Positions 40,291-51,257 are shown, counted from the first letter of the stretch. The stretch: 64,000 nt of DNA from a virus (IMGVR_UViG_3300032007_000009), one strand, 5' to 3'. Made by a program: numbers and translations. Notes: generated from the letters alone by a model not told the origin.

Positions 40291-42180
40291 ATGACAAATA
40301 AAGAAAAGTTAGATTTATATTTTAAAGCTAAAGAAGCATATTATAATGGTCAGGAAATTATGACTGACTATGAATTTGATGAACTTGAGAAAGAACTTGG
40401 TCTTGAAAATAAATCTGATGTTGGTTCTCGTCGTAATCCTTCTTATACAGTTAAGCACCCATTTGTAATGGGTTCTATTTCAAAAGTACAGATTCATAAA
40501 GATAAAGAAGGGAATATTGATTGGAATAAGTATTATAATGAAATGCTTAAATATACAAATAAGCAATGTAATTATATAATTACTCCTAAATTTGATGGTT
40601 GTTCATTTGAGGTTATTATTGCATCCGATAAAATTCAGAATATATCTTCACGAGGTGATGGAAATTATGGTAAGGATTTAACAAATCATCTTTCAAAATT
40701 TATTCCATCTAAATATATTAATCTTGGTGGTTACTATACACTTCGTGGAGAAGTATTGGTAAGTAAATCTATTTTTGAAAAAAAATATTCTGAACAATTT
40801 ACAAATCCTCGTTCATTTGTTTCTGGAGTTCTTAATCATGATTATTCTGATGATAAGGAATTTCAGGATATGTTAAATGATATTTCTATTGTAATTTATG
40901 ATTATCGTAGATTTGAAAACGGAGAATGGATTGATCATGAATGGACTGAATTACCTAGTTCGTATGAACTTCCAGGATATTATAAAATTTATCCTATTTA
41001 TAAAAATAAGGATCATCTTGCATATATATATTCTGAGTTTTCAGAGTTTCGTAAAGAATGTATTTTTGCATTAGACGGAATTGTAATTAAACCAATTGCT
41101 GAAGAGCGTATTAACAATACAACAGAACGTCGTCCTAAGGATTGTGTTGCTATTAAGTTTGTTCCAATGCTTGAAGAAACTGAAGTAATTGATATTACGT
41201 GGAATCTTGGAAAAACTGGTGAACTCACTCCAATTGTTTGGGTTAATCCAGTTGAAATGGATGGACGAATGGTTAAAAAATGCTCAGGACATAATTATGG
41301 ATATCTTCTTGAGAAAAAAGTATCTGTAGGATCAAAAATTATCATGTCACTTGCTGGTGATATTATTCCATTCCTTTATAAAGTAACAAACACCGATAAT
41401 TTTGATGAGAATAAACTTAATGTTCCTGAAAATACATATATTGATGGAGATATTCATTTGATGAAGATATTAAATGAAAAAGATTTACTTCGTAATATGT
41501 TTATTAATTCTGCAGGTACATTAAATATTCCAAATATTGGAAATGAAACTGCTAAAAAGATTTTTGAATATTTAGATTCAACAAATTCAGATGAAATAAC
41601 TGCAGATTTCTTTAATGAATCTACAAAATCATTACCAGGAAATATTCTTCTATGTTCACCTGAGGAAATATATTTTGGTACTGGTGCTGGTAAGGCTGGA
41701 CAGAAAGCAAAGAAATCATTTGAAGATACACTTAAGAATCTTTCATTAGTAGATATTATTAAATCATGTAATTTTAGATTCTGTGGTAATAAAGTTGCTG
41801 AACAATGTGCAAATTATATGTTAACTGGAAATGCTGATTTTGAACATCTTGCATCTGAAGGATATAAGTGGGTTACTGAAGAATATTCAGATGAAAAGAA
41901 TGATGTATACAATATTATTTCTGCATTAAATAAAACACTTGATGATTTTAAAGAAAGACAGATTGAATCAACAAAAACTGCATCTAATCAGATTCCAGTT
42001 ATTCTGACAGGTGAGCCTAATGATTATAAATCTAAAGGTGAATTCCTTTCATGTCACCCAGAATATAGGCTTACGGGTTCTTGGAAAGAAGTACAAATTG
42101 TATTTACTAATTCTCTTGAATCAAATACAAGTAAAATGAAAAAGGCTCGTGAAAAGGGAATAGAAATTAAATTATATTAA
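40291..42180 (+). CDS. ligA: NAD-dependent DNA ligase
   Basis: AYYNG...MTDYEFD, KFDG, SRGDG, RGE, DGIVIK, AIKF, GDIIP, HhH and a C-terminal BRCT-like domain; no obvious Zn finger. Confidence 0.92.
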   Translation: MTNKEKLDLYFKAKEAYYNGQEIMTDYEFDELEKELGLENKSDVGSRRNPSYTVKHPFVMGSISKVQIHKDKEGNIDWNKYYNEMLKYTNKQCNYIITPKFDGCSFEVIIASDKIQNISSRGDGNYGKDLTNHLSKFIPSKYINLGGYYTLRGEVLVSKSIFEKKYSEQFTNPRSFVSGVLNHDYSDDKEFQDMLNDISIVIYDYRRFENGEWIDHEWTELPSSYELPGYYKIYPIYKNKDHLAYIYSEFSEFRKECIFALDGIVIKPIAEERINNTTERRPKDCVAIKFVPMLEETEVIDITWNLGKTGELTPIVWVNPVEMDGRMVKKCSGHNYGYLLEKKVSVGSKIIMSLAGDIIPFLYKVTNTDNFDENKLNVPENTYIDGDIHLMKILNEKDLLRNMFINSAGTLNIPNIGNETAKKIFEYLDSTNSDEITADFFNESTKSLPGNILLCSPEEIYFGTGAGKAGQKAKKSFEDTLKNLSLVDIIKSCNFRFCGNKVAEQCANYMLTGNADFEHLASEGYKWVTEEYSDEKNDVYNIISALNKTLDDFKERQIESTKTASNQIPVILTGEPNDYKSKGEFLSCHPEYRLTGSWKEVQIVFTNSLESNTSKMKKAREKGIEIKLY

Positions 42181-42380
42181 ATAAATATTATTATGAAAAT
42201 AAGAGAAATATTTGAATATGAAGTACGAAATGAAGAAACTGGTGAAGACATTAAAGATTTACAAAATGTATTTCGTATTAAAGATTATGTAGAATGTGTT
42301 GATGACATGTGTTGTCCATTTTGGGATGGTATGATTAAACCAGATATTTTAGTACATAAATTAGAAATAATTAAATAAAA

Positions 42381-42545
42381 ATGCCAGAAGTAATCGGATT
42401 TGTTAAAGAACAAAAAAGTTATAAACATCGAAAAATTTGTCCTCATTGTGGTGCAATAGTTGAATTTTTTGAAACTGAAATTATTGTAGATGCAATGGGT
42501 ATGTGTATTATTTGTCCAAATTGTTATCATGATATAAAATTTTAA
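42381..42545 (+). CDS. Small zinc-ribbon protein (54 aa, not in the ORF track)
   Basis: ICPHCGAIVEF...ICPNC. Confidence 0.6.
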   Translation: MPEVIGFVKEQKSYKHRKICPHCGAIVEFFETEIIVDAMGMCIICPNCYHDIKF

Positions 42546-42790
42546 TATTATGCAAGAATTTTTAATTTATATTAGTGGTTGGATATTATTTATAATATGT
42601 TATTATATATATAATGTATATGTTATTAATAATGAAAAATATTCTAAAAAACAATTAATATATCATGGATTTAAATATGGAATATTTTCCTGGGTAGGAT
42701 TATTCATATGTTTAATTATATTTATTGTTGCAGAACTATGTTATTGGATAATATGTATAGATGAATATATTGAAAATAAACTTAAGTAAT

Positions 42791-43510
42791 ATGACAAATA
42801 ATTGGTCTCCGGTATTTGGTGAACGTAGGTACAGAGCAAATAAAATACTGGAAGAATTCTGTAATTTTTATTATAATGAAATATATTATAATGAATTACT
42901 GGAACTTGAAGAATATATTAAAGAAAATATAATTAAAGAAATTAATACATACGTTAAATATCAACATGATGGTGGATATGAAATATATGGAGATTATGGT
43001 TCAATAATTGAAGGTTTTATTGGAGATAGAATTCTTAAAACACAAAGAGAACCAAATGGTAAGAATAAATTTCCAGATTATAAAATAAATGGTGTATGTT
43101 TTGATAGTAAAGCAGTAATGTGGGATAATTATTCTTATAATAATTCTTGTGGTAGTATTCAGGAAATATCAAAACATATTATTGATCATTGGAATGGAGA
43201 AGATAATGAATTTTATAAATCATTTATTATCTTTACATATTATACAAGTGATGGAAAAATTTTGGATGTAAAAATAATGCCAATGATATCTGCTATTTAT
43301 GTTACTCATAAAAATTGGGAACCAGAAACAATGAAATTTGTTATTAAATCTGCTGGTGATAATATAAGTGGACCAAAAAATACAAATGTAACTTTAAAAC
43401 TTCCATCATTTCTAAAAAAGAATGGATATTTATATTCTATAGAAGAACAAGAATTATTAATAATGACTGCAACATATAATTATTTAATAGAACAAAATGG
43501 GATTACTTAA
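42791..43510 (+). CDS. Restriction-endonuclease-like PD-(D/E)xK protein
   Basis: GSIIE...FPDY...FDSK spacing. Confidence 0.55.
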   Translation: MTNNWSPVFGERRYRANKILEEFCNFYYNEIYYNELLELEEYIKENIIKEINTYVKYQHDGGYEIYGDYGSIIEGFIGDRILKTQREPNGKNKFPDYKINGVCFDSKAVMWDNYSYNNSCGSIQEISKHIIDHWNGEDNEFYKSFIIFTYYTSDGKILDVKIMPMISAIYVTHKNWEPETMKFVIKSAGDNISGPKNTNVTLKLPSFLKKNGYLYSIEEQELLIMTATYNYLIEQNGIT

Positions 43511-43519
43511 GTAATCCCA
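43498..43519. terminator. Perfect palindrome, bidirectional terminator
   Basis: TGGGATTAC-TTAA-GTAATCCCA. Confidence 0.8.
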
Positions 43520-43522
43520 GTT

Positions 43523-45532
43523 TTATTCTATTTCTGATATAAGTTTAAATTGTGATGAATAATAAGAATATTTTGCTCTAAATGCATCTATTGTTGTTTC
43601 TTTAACATATATATTACCACTAAATCCATTAAATGCAGTATTATTAAATCCACTTGGTAATTCATCATTTCTTAATATAATATTTACATTACAATTATAA
43701 AATACACTAGCACCAAATGTTGTAATAGAATCACCTAAATCTAATGTATTATTTACTAAATTATTACCTAAATTTGCACAGTTAAAAAATGCATCATCAG
43801 CAATTGATGTCAATTTATTTAATACTGTATTTGATGGTAATGATAAATTAGTACAATTTCTTAATGCATATTTTCCAATAGATGTTACATTATTAATATT
43901 AGATATTGTAGTTAAGTTATTACAATTATAAAAACAACACTCTGGTATAGAAGTTATTTCTGTAGATAATGTAATATTTGTTAATGAACTACAATTATAA
44001 AATGTATATCGAGATATTGATGTAATATAACTTAAATCATTATTATCATTTCCAATAATTGTTAATTTAGTACAATCAGAAAACATAGATGGACCAAGAG
44101 ATGTTATATTAGTTCCAAACTTACAAGATGTTAATTCTGTACAACCACTAAACATCCCTTGTCCATCAGCAGTTTCTAATAATGGTAAATTTACAGTTTT
44201 AAGTTTTGAACAACCGTTAAATGCATTATTATTTAATGTCTTAAGATTAATAAAATTAACGTTTTCTAATGATGTACATTGTTGAAATCCTTCATAGTAT
44301 ACTGATATAATGCTTTCAGAATTATTTATGGTAGTTAAGCTACTACAATATCTAAAATATACATTACTAATTTCTTTATTAGGATTTAATGTTACTGTTG
44401 TCAAAGAATTACAACCTTCAAATAAATTTGCGACAGATAATGCAGAAATATCAGCAGTAATTAATCCAGTACAATATCGAAATACACCTGATCCTACATT
44501 ATTAACATTAGGGCTATCTATAATAAGTGAAGTTATACCTGTACAATATTCAAAGACACTATTTCCTGTACGTATTAATTTTGATAAATGTAATTCTCCA
44601 GTTATTGAACTACAATGTGAAAAACAGTTATCTGTCATTATTTCTATATTTGATAATGTAGAAATATCTGGTGACAATTTTGTACAATTCTTAAATGCTG
44701 TACCTCCAATATATTTAATATTTGAAAAATCAAATGTTTCTAATGATGAACAATTATAAAAGCAATTAGAATTAATTCTATTAATATTACTATAATTATA
44801 TATGGTTTTTAATGATGTACAATTAACAAAACCGTTTTCTGGTAACGCATTATAATTATCAACTACTCCACCTATAAAATCAGCAGAAAATTTTATTGAT
44901 GTTAAATTAATATTATTTGCAAATGCATTTGTATCAAGTCGTATCAACGATAAAAATTCTAAATCACCAGTTAAATTACAATTTAAAAATCCTTCCTTAT
45001 TAATTCTTGATATATTATTTGTTTCTCCTAAAGAAATTAATGATGTACAATTTTTAAAAAAATACTCTGGTATATATGTAATATTACGTAAATTAATAGA
45101 TTGTAAATTTGTACATCCTTCAAATGATTGACCACCACCAGAAAATGTAGTTATTCCAAATAACGGTAATTCATCAAATGATGTTATATTGGTATTACCT
45201 TTTAGAAAACCATCATATGAACTAACTTCTGATGCCATTTGCGTCGTAACTCCAACACCATCCCCATATTTTGCCGTTAATAATGATCCTAATATAGAAT
45301 CTTTAAATCTTATATATGTACCATTTATTGCAGATATATGTAAATGAGGATATTTATTAACTAAATATTCCATTGCATCTTGAAAACAGTGATTACATTC
45401 TAATCTACCTGTTAAATCGCTATTTGTTTCGTTATCATCAAATGTTTTGGTTAATTGATACAAATATTCTATAATATTATCATTAATAGTTTCATAATTA
45501 TGTTCGTTCTGATATATTACTAAATTATTCAT
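43523..45532 (-). CDS. BspA-type leucine-rich repeat protein
   Basis: Many FxxCxxLxxI repeats. Confidence 0.88.
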   Translation of the reverse strand: MNNLVIYQNEHNYETINDNIIEYLYQLTKTFDDNETNSDLTGRLECNHCFQDAMEYLVNKYPHLHISAINGTYIRFKDSILGSLLTAKYGDGVGVTTQMASEVSSYDGFLKGNTNITSFDELPLFGITTFSGGGQSFEGCTNLQSINLRNITYIPEYFFKNCTSLISLGETNNISRINKEGFLNCNLTGDLEFLSLIRLDTNAFANNINLTSIKFSADFIGGVVDNYNALPENGFVNCTSLKTIYNYSNINRINSNCFYNCSSLETFDFSNIKYIGGTAFKNCTKLSPDISTLSNIEIMTDNCFSHCSSITGELHLSKLIRTGNSVFEYCTGITSLIIDSPNVNNVGSGVFRYCTGLITADISALSVANLFEGCNSLTTVTLNPNKEISNVYFRYCSSLTTINNSESIISVYYEGFQQCTSLENVNFINLKTLNNNAFNGCSKLKTVNLPLLETADGQGMFSGCTELTSCKFGTNITSLGPSMFSDCTKLTIIGNDNNDLSYITSISRYTFYNCSSLTNITLSTEITSIPECCFYNCNNLTTISNINNVTSIGKYALRNCTNLSLPSNTVLNKLTSIADDAFFNCANLGNNLVNNTLDLGDSITTFGASVFYNCNVNIILRNDELPSGFNNTAFNGFSGNIYVKETTIDAFRAKYSYYSSQFKLISEIE

Positions 45533-45625
45533 TAATATATAGCATTTATATTTTATAATATATTTAAAAATAAATCTATTTTATATTGTAATATTTTATA
45601 TTGTAATTATATTAATTTAATAATT

Positions 45626-46439
45626 ATGAGTTGTTGTGCAAAACCAATTAGAAAAAAACGCCAAATAAAATATAGGGAGATATACGATAAATATAAAAGA
45701 TTTTTAATTGAAGAACAAAATTTTAAAAATACTCCTGCATATTTATCATCATCTACTTATACTATATACAATAATTATAAAAATGATACTAGTTCAGAAA
45801 CTATTAAAAGTCCTTATGAACCAATTTATCATTATAAAGAAGAATTTACAAAAGAAGAAATTCGTATATTAAAAAATATTTATCATGTTATTATATGATT
45901 GATTTAATTAAAGAGCAAAAAGAATTATTTAAAAACCAGATAATAGATTATCTTAATGATGAAATTGATTCTGATAAACAACGATTAAAACATAGTATTG
46001 AAAGTTGTGATAAAAATTATTTTAGTGGTTCATTAGATACATTAGCATTAATAAAAGAATATATTAAAAGTCTATAATGAGAGAATTTAAAGATTTTACA
46101 AATAAAGATTGTTGTATCAATTGTGAGAATTTTTGTTTTTGGGACGGTGACTATTGTTGTTTTCCAAATTTCAAAATTCATCAATATGGGTATCCTCATC
46201 AAGTTTGGATGGATGTAGATATTGATAAGACAATGATATTAGGTAAAGACTGTGAAGATTATCACAAATGGGGAACTTATATGTATGTTCCTGATTGTCC
46301 TAATGATCATCTTGAAGAATATAAAAGATTTAAAGAATGGGATAAATTATGTCATCAACTTGAACAATACGTTTCAGATCCATCAGGATATTATGAGAAA
46401 ATAACAAAACCAATTTATTTTAACAAATACACAAAATAA
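45626..46439 (+). CDS. Three small hypothetical genes (45626-45898, 45895-46077, 46077-46439 Cys-rich)
   Basis: Overlapping start and stop codons. Confidence 0.5.
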
Positions 46440-46440
46440 T

Positions 46441-47100
46441 ATGATAACATTAAGAAAAAGATTATCAGTTCATGATAGAGTAGGAAAGGTTACTGTTATT
46501 GATATGCTTAACGATCCTGCTGGTAATAATATTCCATATTATCTTATAAAAGTATTTGGAAAAGATAGATATTTATATATATGTCAGCAATGTGAATCAT
46601 TAAATCAATATTGGGTTGTCGTTGATGAAGACAGAGCAGATTATTGGATTTATAAATCATTTTGGGATATTAGAGATGATTATAAAACTTTTGCAATGTT
46701 TACAAAACGAGACAGAAGTTCATTTAAATATTGGTTTGCTCATTGGTGTGGATTTAACTTAACTGCATTAAATCTTGGTATATGGAAACCTAAATATTTA
46801 TTACATGATGCTGAAAAGCCATGGCTTAAATTGTTATGGAGAGGCGATTATAAAAGAGTACAAAAATGGCATCGTACACACAATAGACATCATTTAGAAT
46901 ACGGATTAGAACATGGATGGGATGCTATTGATTGGGAAGCATTAATGATTGACTGGGAATGCTGTGGTTTGTCAAAACAAGAAGCACAAATGGATGCTCG
47001 TGAAACTCTTGAATATGAAATTAATAGGGATAAATGGAAACCTTATGCAAAAGAAATAGAAAGTAGATTAGAACAATATTTATATAAACATAATTTATGA
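46441..47100 (+). CDS. HD-domain-like (DUF5662-like) protein
   Basis: H...HDAEK...HRTHNRHHLEY...IDW. Confidence 0.6.
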   Translation: MITLRKRLSVHDRVGKVTVIDMLNDPAGNNIPYYLIKVFGKDRYLYICQQCESLNQYWVVVDEDRADYWIYKSFWDIRDDYKTFAMFTKRDRSSFKYWFAHWCGFNLTALNLGIWKPKYLLHDAEKPWLKLLWRGDYKRVQKWHRTHNRHHLEYGLEHGWDAIDWEALMIDWECCGLSKQEAQMDARETLEYEINRDKWKPYAKEIESRLEQYLYKHNL

Positions 47101-47360
47101 TTCGAGAAAAACCTTATGAATATCATCCTTTAGAAATTAAATGTAATGGTTGTGGATCAACTATTCAATATGATTATGGAGATCCTAAACCTGGTAATAT
47201 AATTTATGGATACGATTATGATGTGACTCCTTATTATATAACATGTCCATGTTGTGGTATTAAAATACAAACAGGAGAACATAGGGAACGAAGTATATCT
47301 GGTTTAAGAAGAGATTATGAGGATGAACAATATAATAAATGGTTAGATGAACATTACTAA
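47097..47360 (+). CDS. Zinc-ribbon protein
   Basis: CNGCGS...CPCCG. Confidence 0.6.
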   Translation: MIREKPYEYHPLEIKCNGCGSTIQYDYGDPKPGNIIYGYDYDVTPYYITCPCCGIKIQTGEHRERSISGLRRDYEDEQYNKWLDEHY

Positions 47361-47383
47361 AAGAGGTACTTGAGTACCTCTTT
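47360..47383. terminator. Hairpin terminator
   Basis: AAAGAGGTAC-TTGA-GTACCTCTTT. Confidence 0.85.
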
Positions 47384-47394
47384 ATTTTTAAATA

Positions 47395-47529
47395 TTATTC
47401 TTCAGGTATTAATTCTGTAAAATGTAATTCATTTTCCTGATCACATAAACTAACATTAGGGGTATTAGTATGATCTAATATTACTGCATCATATTCATTA
47501 TGATTATCATATTTTTTAATATATTTCAT
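47395..47529 (-). CDS. 44-aa protein homologous to the N-terminus of the DGR-target-like gene (not in the ORF track)
   Basis: MKYIKKYDNHNEYDAVILDHTNTPNVSLCDQENELHFTELIPEE. Confidence 0.75.
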   Translation of the reverse strand: MKYIKKYDNHNEYDAVILDHTNTPNVSLCDQENELHFTELIPEE

Positions 47530-48192
47530 ATTTTATTATCTTAATATTTTTATTAAATATTATTTAATTTTTAAATGTACATATCTATATTATTTATATA
47601 ATTAATAATAAATTAAAGTTATGATTACAATTGCAATAATTATTTTGATTATTATTTTTGGTGGTGGTATATTTGGTTGGATACTTAATATCATTGGACA
47701 TATTATTGCTTTTCTTTGGGAAGGGTGTACACATGTAATTGGATGTCTTTTTTGGATATTTGCAATTGTAATTTGTTTTTATGCATTGATATCATAATTT
47801 AATTATAAATATTTAATATGAAAATTAAAGTACCATATTTGAAATTAAAAAATTCATCATTAAAAGATTACAATGAAATATGTATTGAAGATATTCATAG
47901 TATTATTCCTGTATGTGATGAAAATAATTATCCACATTTATTGATTAATTTTTATGATCATGAATATTGTATGGATGCATCAACATTTTGTGATGAGGTT
48001 GAAGAAGTAATTATTAAAGAATTTCCTGTATGAAAAGAATTGTTCAATATACTGCATTGGATCCTTATTATTCTGATGTAACTCAAACATATATCGGGGT
48101 TGATGAATGTGAAGTAAATGACATACAATGGGAAACTGAAGAAGCAATGCAAGGAGAAAATTTATTTCCAATTTATAAAGCAAAAACTATTT

Positions 48193-48918
48193 ATGAATCA
48201 GATTGAAAGAGATAATAAAATTAAAGAAATTAAAAAATATGTTGCAGATGTAGATCCTAATCTTAAAGAACTTAAAAAATTCTTTAAAGATAAATTTAAC
48301 ATGAATATTATTAAAATTGGAGATCATGCAATATATGATTTTAATTCATTATTTTATATATCACCAAAAGTTAAAAAGAGATTTAAAAATGATCCAATTC
48401 AACCTATAACAATTACATATATTCGACAAGATGTTATTTTCTTTACTTGGGATAAACATCCTGAGTTTAGTGAAGAATATACAATGTATGATGCTGATTG
48501 GTCAAAATGGTTATATCTTAATGAAATAAAACTTAGTGAACTTTGGAAGAATAAAGAATATCTTATTGAAAAGGATTATGATGAATGGTATATTGAAACA
48601 AAATCAATGGAATTTAAATCTGAACATACAAAGATAATTAATGACATTGAATATAAAATAGATATACCAAAAAACATGGATGAAGTATTTGATTACTTTG
48701 ATAAAGAACTTACTGATGACGATAAAGAACAACTTAAACAATACCCAGCCATTGAATTTCATCATACTTTAGGTAGATGGATTAGAAATAATTTTGAATT
48801 ATGGACAACACAATCAGAATTAAAAGCTTGGTTGATTAATAAAAGTTTTACACATCCTGACGATATGTCTAATTATATCATTGAAGAATATCAAAAACAT
48901 TTAAAAAATAAAAACTAA
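48193..48918 (+). CDS. Hypothetical protein with DUF6794-like C-terminus
   Basis: HHTLGRWIRNNFELW...HPDDMS; the ITYIR motif is shared with 50778..51257. Confidence 0.55.
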   Translation: MNQIERDNKIKEIKKYVADVDPNLKELKKFFKDKFNMNIIKIGDHAIYDFNSLFYISPKVKKRFKNDPIQPITITYIRQDVIFFTWDKHPEFSEEYTMYDADWSKWLYLNEIKLSELWKNKEYLIEKDYDEWYIETKSMEFKSEHTKIINDIEYKIDIPKNMDEVFDYFDKELTDDDKEQLKQYPAIEFHHTLGRWIRNNFELWTTQSELKAWLINKSFTHPDDMSNYIIEEYQKHLKNKN

Positions 48919-49398
48919 TTTAAGTAATGAAGATAATAATTCAAATAATTGGGTAAAATATGAATTTAAATTAATGTAATTATATATATGATAGTAGAAG
49001 GAGAAAATAAATATTTTTCTGCAGAAGATGCTCGTCGTATTTCAAATGAAATAAGTACAGGACAAATGCATCAACAATTAGATTGGGTTTATAATAAAAT
49101 TAATGAAGCAAGATTTAATGGTAAAAGATCTATAACATTTTCAAATAAAACTTTATTTGAATCAACAATAGATTTTCTTAAATCTAAAGGATTTAAAATT
49201 GAATATTTCTTTGGAAATCAACGAGATCCTGCTAATGATACAACTATATATTGGTAATTATATGAGTAGAAAGTGTGTTTGTAGAGATTCTGATGATTGG
49301 TGTTTAAATCAGAGTTGTGAATGTAGGGAAGATGATCCTAATTGTCCTGATTGTACAAATGTAGATTTTTGTGGAAATTTAATAGAATAAATAATAAA

Positions 49399-49812
49399 AT
49401 GAGTGAAGTAAAACAAGTTATAGTATTTCGACATGATTTATTAAAATCATTACGAAAGGGTAAAATTGCTGCTCAGGTAGCACATGCTAGTTTGGGGGCT
49501 TTATTGAAACATTCAGATAGATATTGGAATGAAGAAATAAATCATTATAGAATTAATTTTACATTTCCTAAAGATTCAATATTAGATAAATGGTTAAATG
49601 GAATATTTACAAAAATTTGTCTTTATGTTGAAGATGAAAAGGAATTATTAGAATTACATAAAAAGATTGAAGCAGCAGGTATACCTTGTGCACTAATTAC
49701 TGATGCTGGTAATACTGAATTTCATGGAGTACCAACAGTTACATGTTTAGGAATAGGACCATGGTGGTCTGAATATATTGATGAATTTACAAAAGATTTG
49801 AAATTATTTTAA
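49399..49812 (+). CDS. pth2: Peptidyl-tRNA hydrolase type 2
   Basis: KQVIV, KGKIAAQVAHA, KI, DAGNTE, TCLGIGP; start reassigned to MSEVK. Confidence 0.92.
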   Translation: MSEVKQVIVFRHDLLKSLRKGKIAAQVAHASLGALLKHSDRYWNEEINHYRINFTFPKDSILDKWLNGIFTKICLYVEDEKELLELHKKIEAAGIPCALITDAGNTEFHGVPTVTCLGIGPWWSEYIDEFTKDLKLF

Positions 49813-50580
49813 ATGAAAAAGAGAGTTATAGTTGGTGATATGCATGGTATGTTTGGAATTGTAAAAGATATTTATAATTTGGAACAACCTGATGAGTTTA
49901 TTATGTTAGGAGATTATTTTGATTCATTTACAATTGCTCCTAATCTTCAAGAATTAGCATATAAGGATTTACTTGAACTTAGAAGATATCATAAGTCATT
50001 ACATAAAGGTAAGTTTATTATGCTTATAGGAAATCATGATTTACATTATTTAACTAATTATAATGAAAAATGCTCAGGATATAATAATGATACTGCATGG
50101 TTTGCTTCAGATTTTGTTTCTAAAGGATTAGATGATAATATATTAGTTTTTACTTATATTGATGATATTAATAAAACTATTTTTACACATGCCGGTGTAA
50201 CACAATCATGGTTTGAAAAATGGTGTTATCCTTCTTTAGGAAATATAAATACTGTTGAGCTTAATGCATTCAGACATATTGGTTCGGATTGGTATGGTAA
50301 TGATAAAAGAAATTCTCCAATATGGGTTAGACCTGAAGCTTTGGAATCAGATCCATATATTGATAATGATGGCTATATTTGGAGTCAGATATTTGGACAT
50401 ACTCATCAAAAGGAGCCATTTATGTGGTCAAAAGCAGATCCTACAGATCCTAATCAATATGGACATTCAGTATTTATTGGAATTGATTGTATTACAACAT
50501 ATTATATTGTTGAAGAACTTGATGATAATGGAAAGTTAATCAAAAGACATATAAGACCAAACAAAAATATTGTAATGTGA
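49813..50580 (+). CDS. Metallophosphoesterase
   Basis: GDMHG, GDYFD, GNHD, HAG, GHT. Confidence 0.9.
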   Translation: MKKRVIVGDMHGMFGIVKDIYNLEQPDEFIMLGDYFDSFTIAPNLQELAYKDLLELRRYHKSLHKGKFIMLIGNHDLHYLTNYNEKCSGYNNDTAWFASDFVSKGLDDNILVFTYIDDINKTIFTHAGVTQSWFEKWCYPSLGNINTVELNAFRHIGSDWYGNDKRNSPIWVRPEALESDPYIDNDGYIWSQIFGHTHQKEPFMWSKADPTDPNQYGHSVFIGIDCITTYYIVEELDDNGKLIKRHIRPNKNIVM

Positions 50581-50598
50581 TTTAATTTATAGAATAAT

Positions 50599-50775
50599 AT
50601 GAAAGTATTAAAAGGAAATATTGTCAAATGTAAATGTGGTAAATATCTTCAATATACGGAAGACGACATTGATTATGTTGAAAAAGGATATAATGTAGGT
50701 ACATATAATGGTGAAACTTATAATGCAAAAATTATAAGGTGTCCTAATTGTAAAAGAACAATAGAAGTATATTAA
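50599..50775 (+). CDS. Small zinc-ribbon protein (58 aa, not in the ORF track)
   Basis: VKCKCGKYL...IRCPNC. Confidence 0.6.
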   Translation: MKVLKGNIVKCKCGKYLQYTEDDIDYVEKGYNVGTYNGETYNAKIIRCPNCKRTIEVY

Positions 50776-50777
50776 AT

Positions 50778-51257
50778 ATGAAAATAAAGAAAATATGTTT
50801 TTCTACAATGATAAGTGATTTGTGGGGAAGAGATAGTTATCAATCCCATATTGAATTGGGTAGAGAATATTGGTATTATTTTGCTGAAAATACTAATACA
50901 TATAAAATAACCAATAAACATTGGAATAAAATAAAAATTACTTATATTAGAAGTGGATGTTTATTTTATATAATTCCTGAATTTCCTGAAGTTAAAGAAG
51001 ATTTTTGTCCAATTAGTTGTTTTATGACTGCTCAATTTATTTTAGCAGAAATAGATCCTATTAAAGATATGGGAGAAGATATGTTAGGAAATATTGAAGC
51101 AGCAAAAATAAAATACTGTTTTAATGATGAACATACAATTGTAAAAAATTGGCCTAATGAAAAAGAAATTGAAATTGATGATAATGAAATATATAATAAA
51201 TTTAGTAATTCGACAGAATTTATTTTTATTAAAGCATTAGAAAAGAGAGATACTTAA
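50778..51257 (+). CDS. Hypothetical protein
   Basis: IKITYIRSG motif shared with the 48193 gene. Confidence 0.55.
   Translation: MKIKKICFSTMISDLWGRDSYQSHIELGREYWYYFAENTNTYKITNKHWNKIKITYIRSGCLFYIIPEFPEVKEDFCPISCFMTAQFILAEIDPIKDMGEDMLGNIEAAKIKYCFNDEHTIVKNWPNEKEIEIDDNEIYNKFSNSTEFIFIKALEKRDT

Noticed and set aside
42193-42378. MKIREIFEYE as another capsid-targeting tag
   Set aside because: The hydrophobic spacing differs and the gene lies in an early-type operon, so it is probably a chance match.
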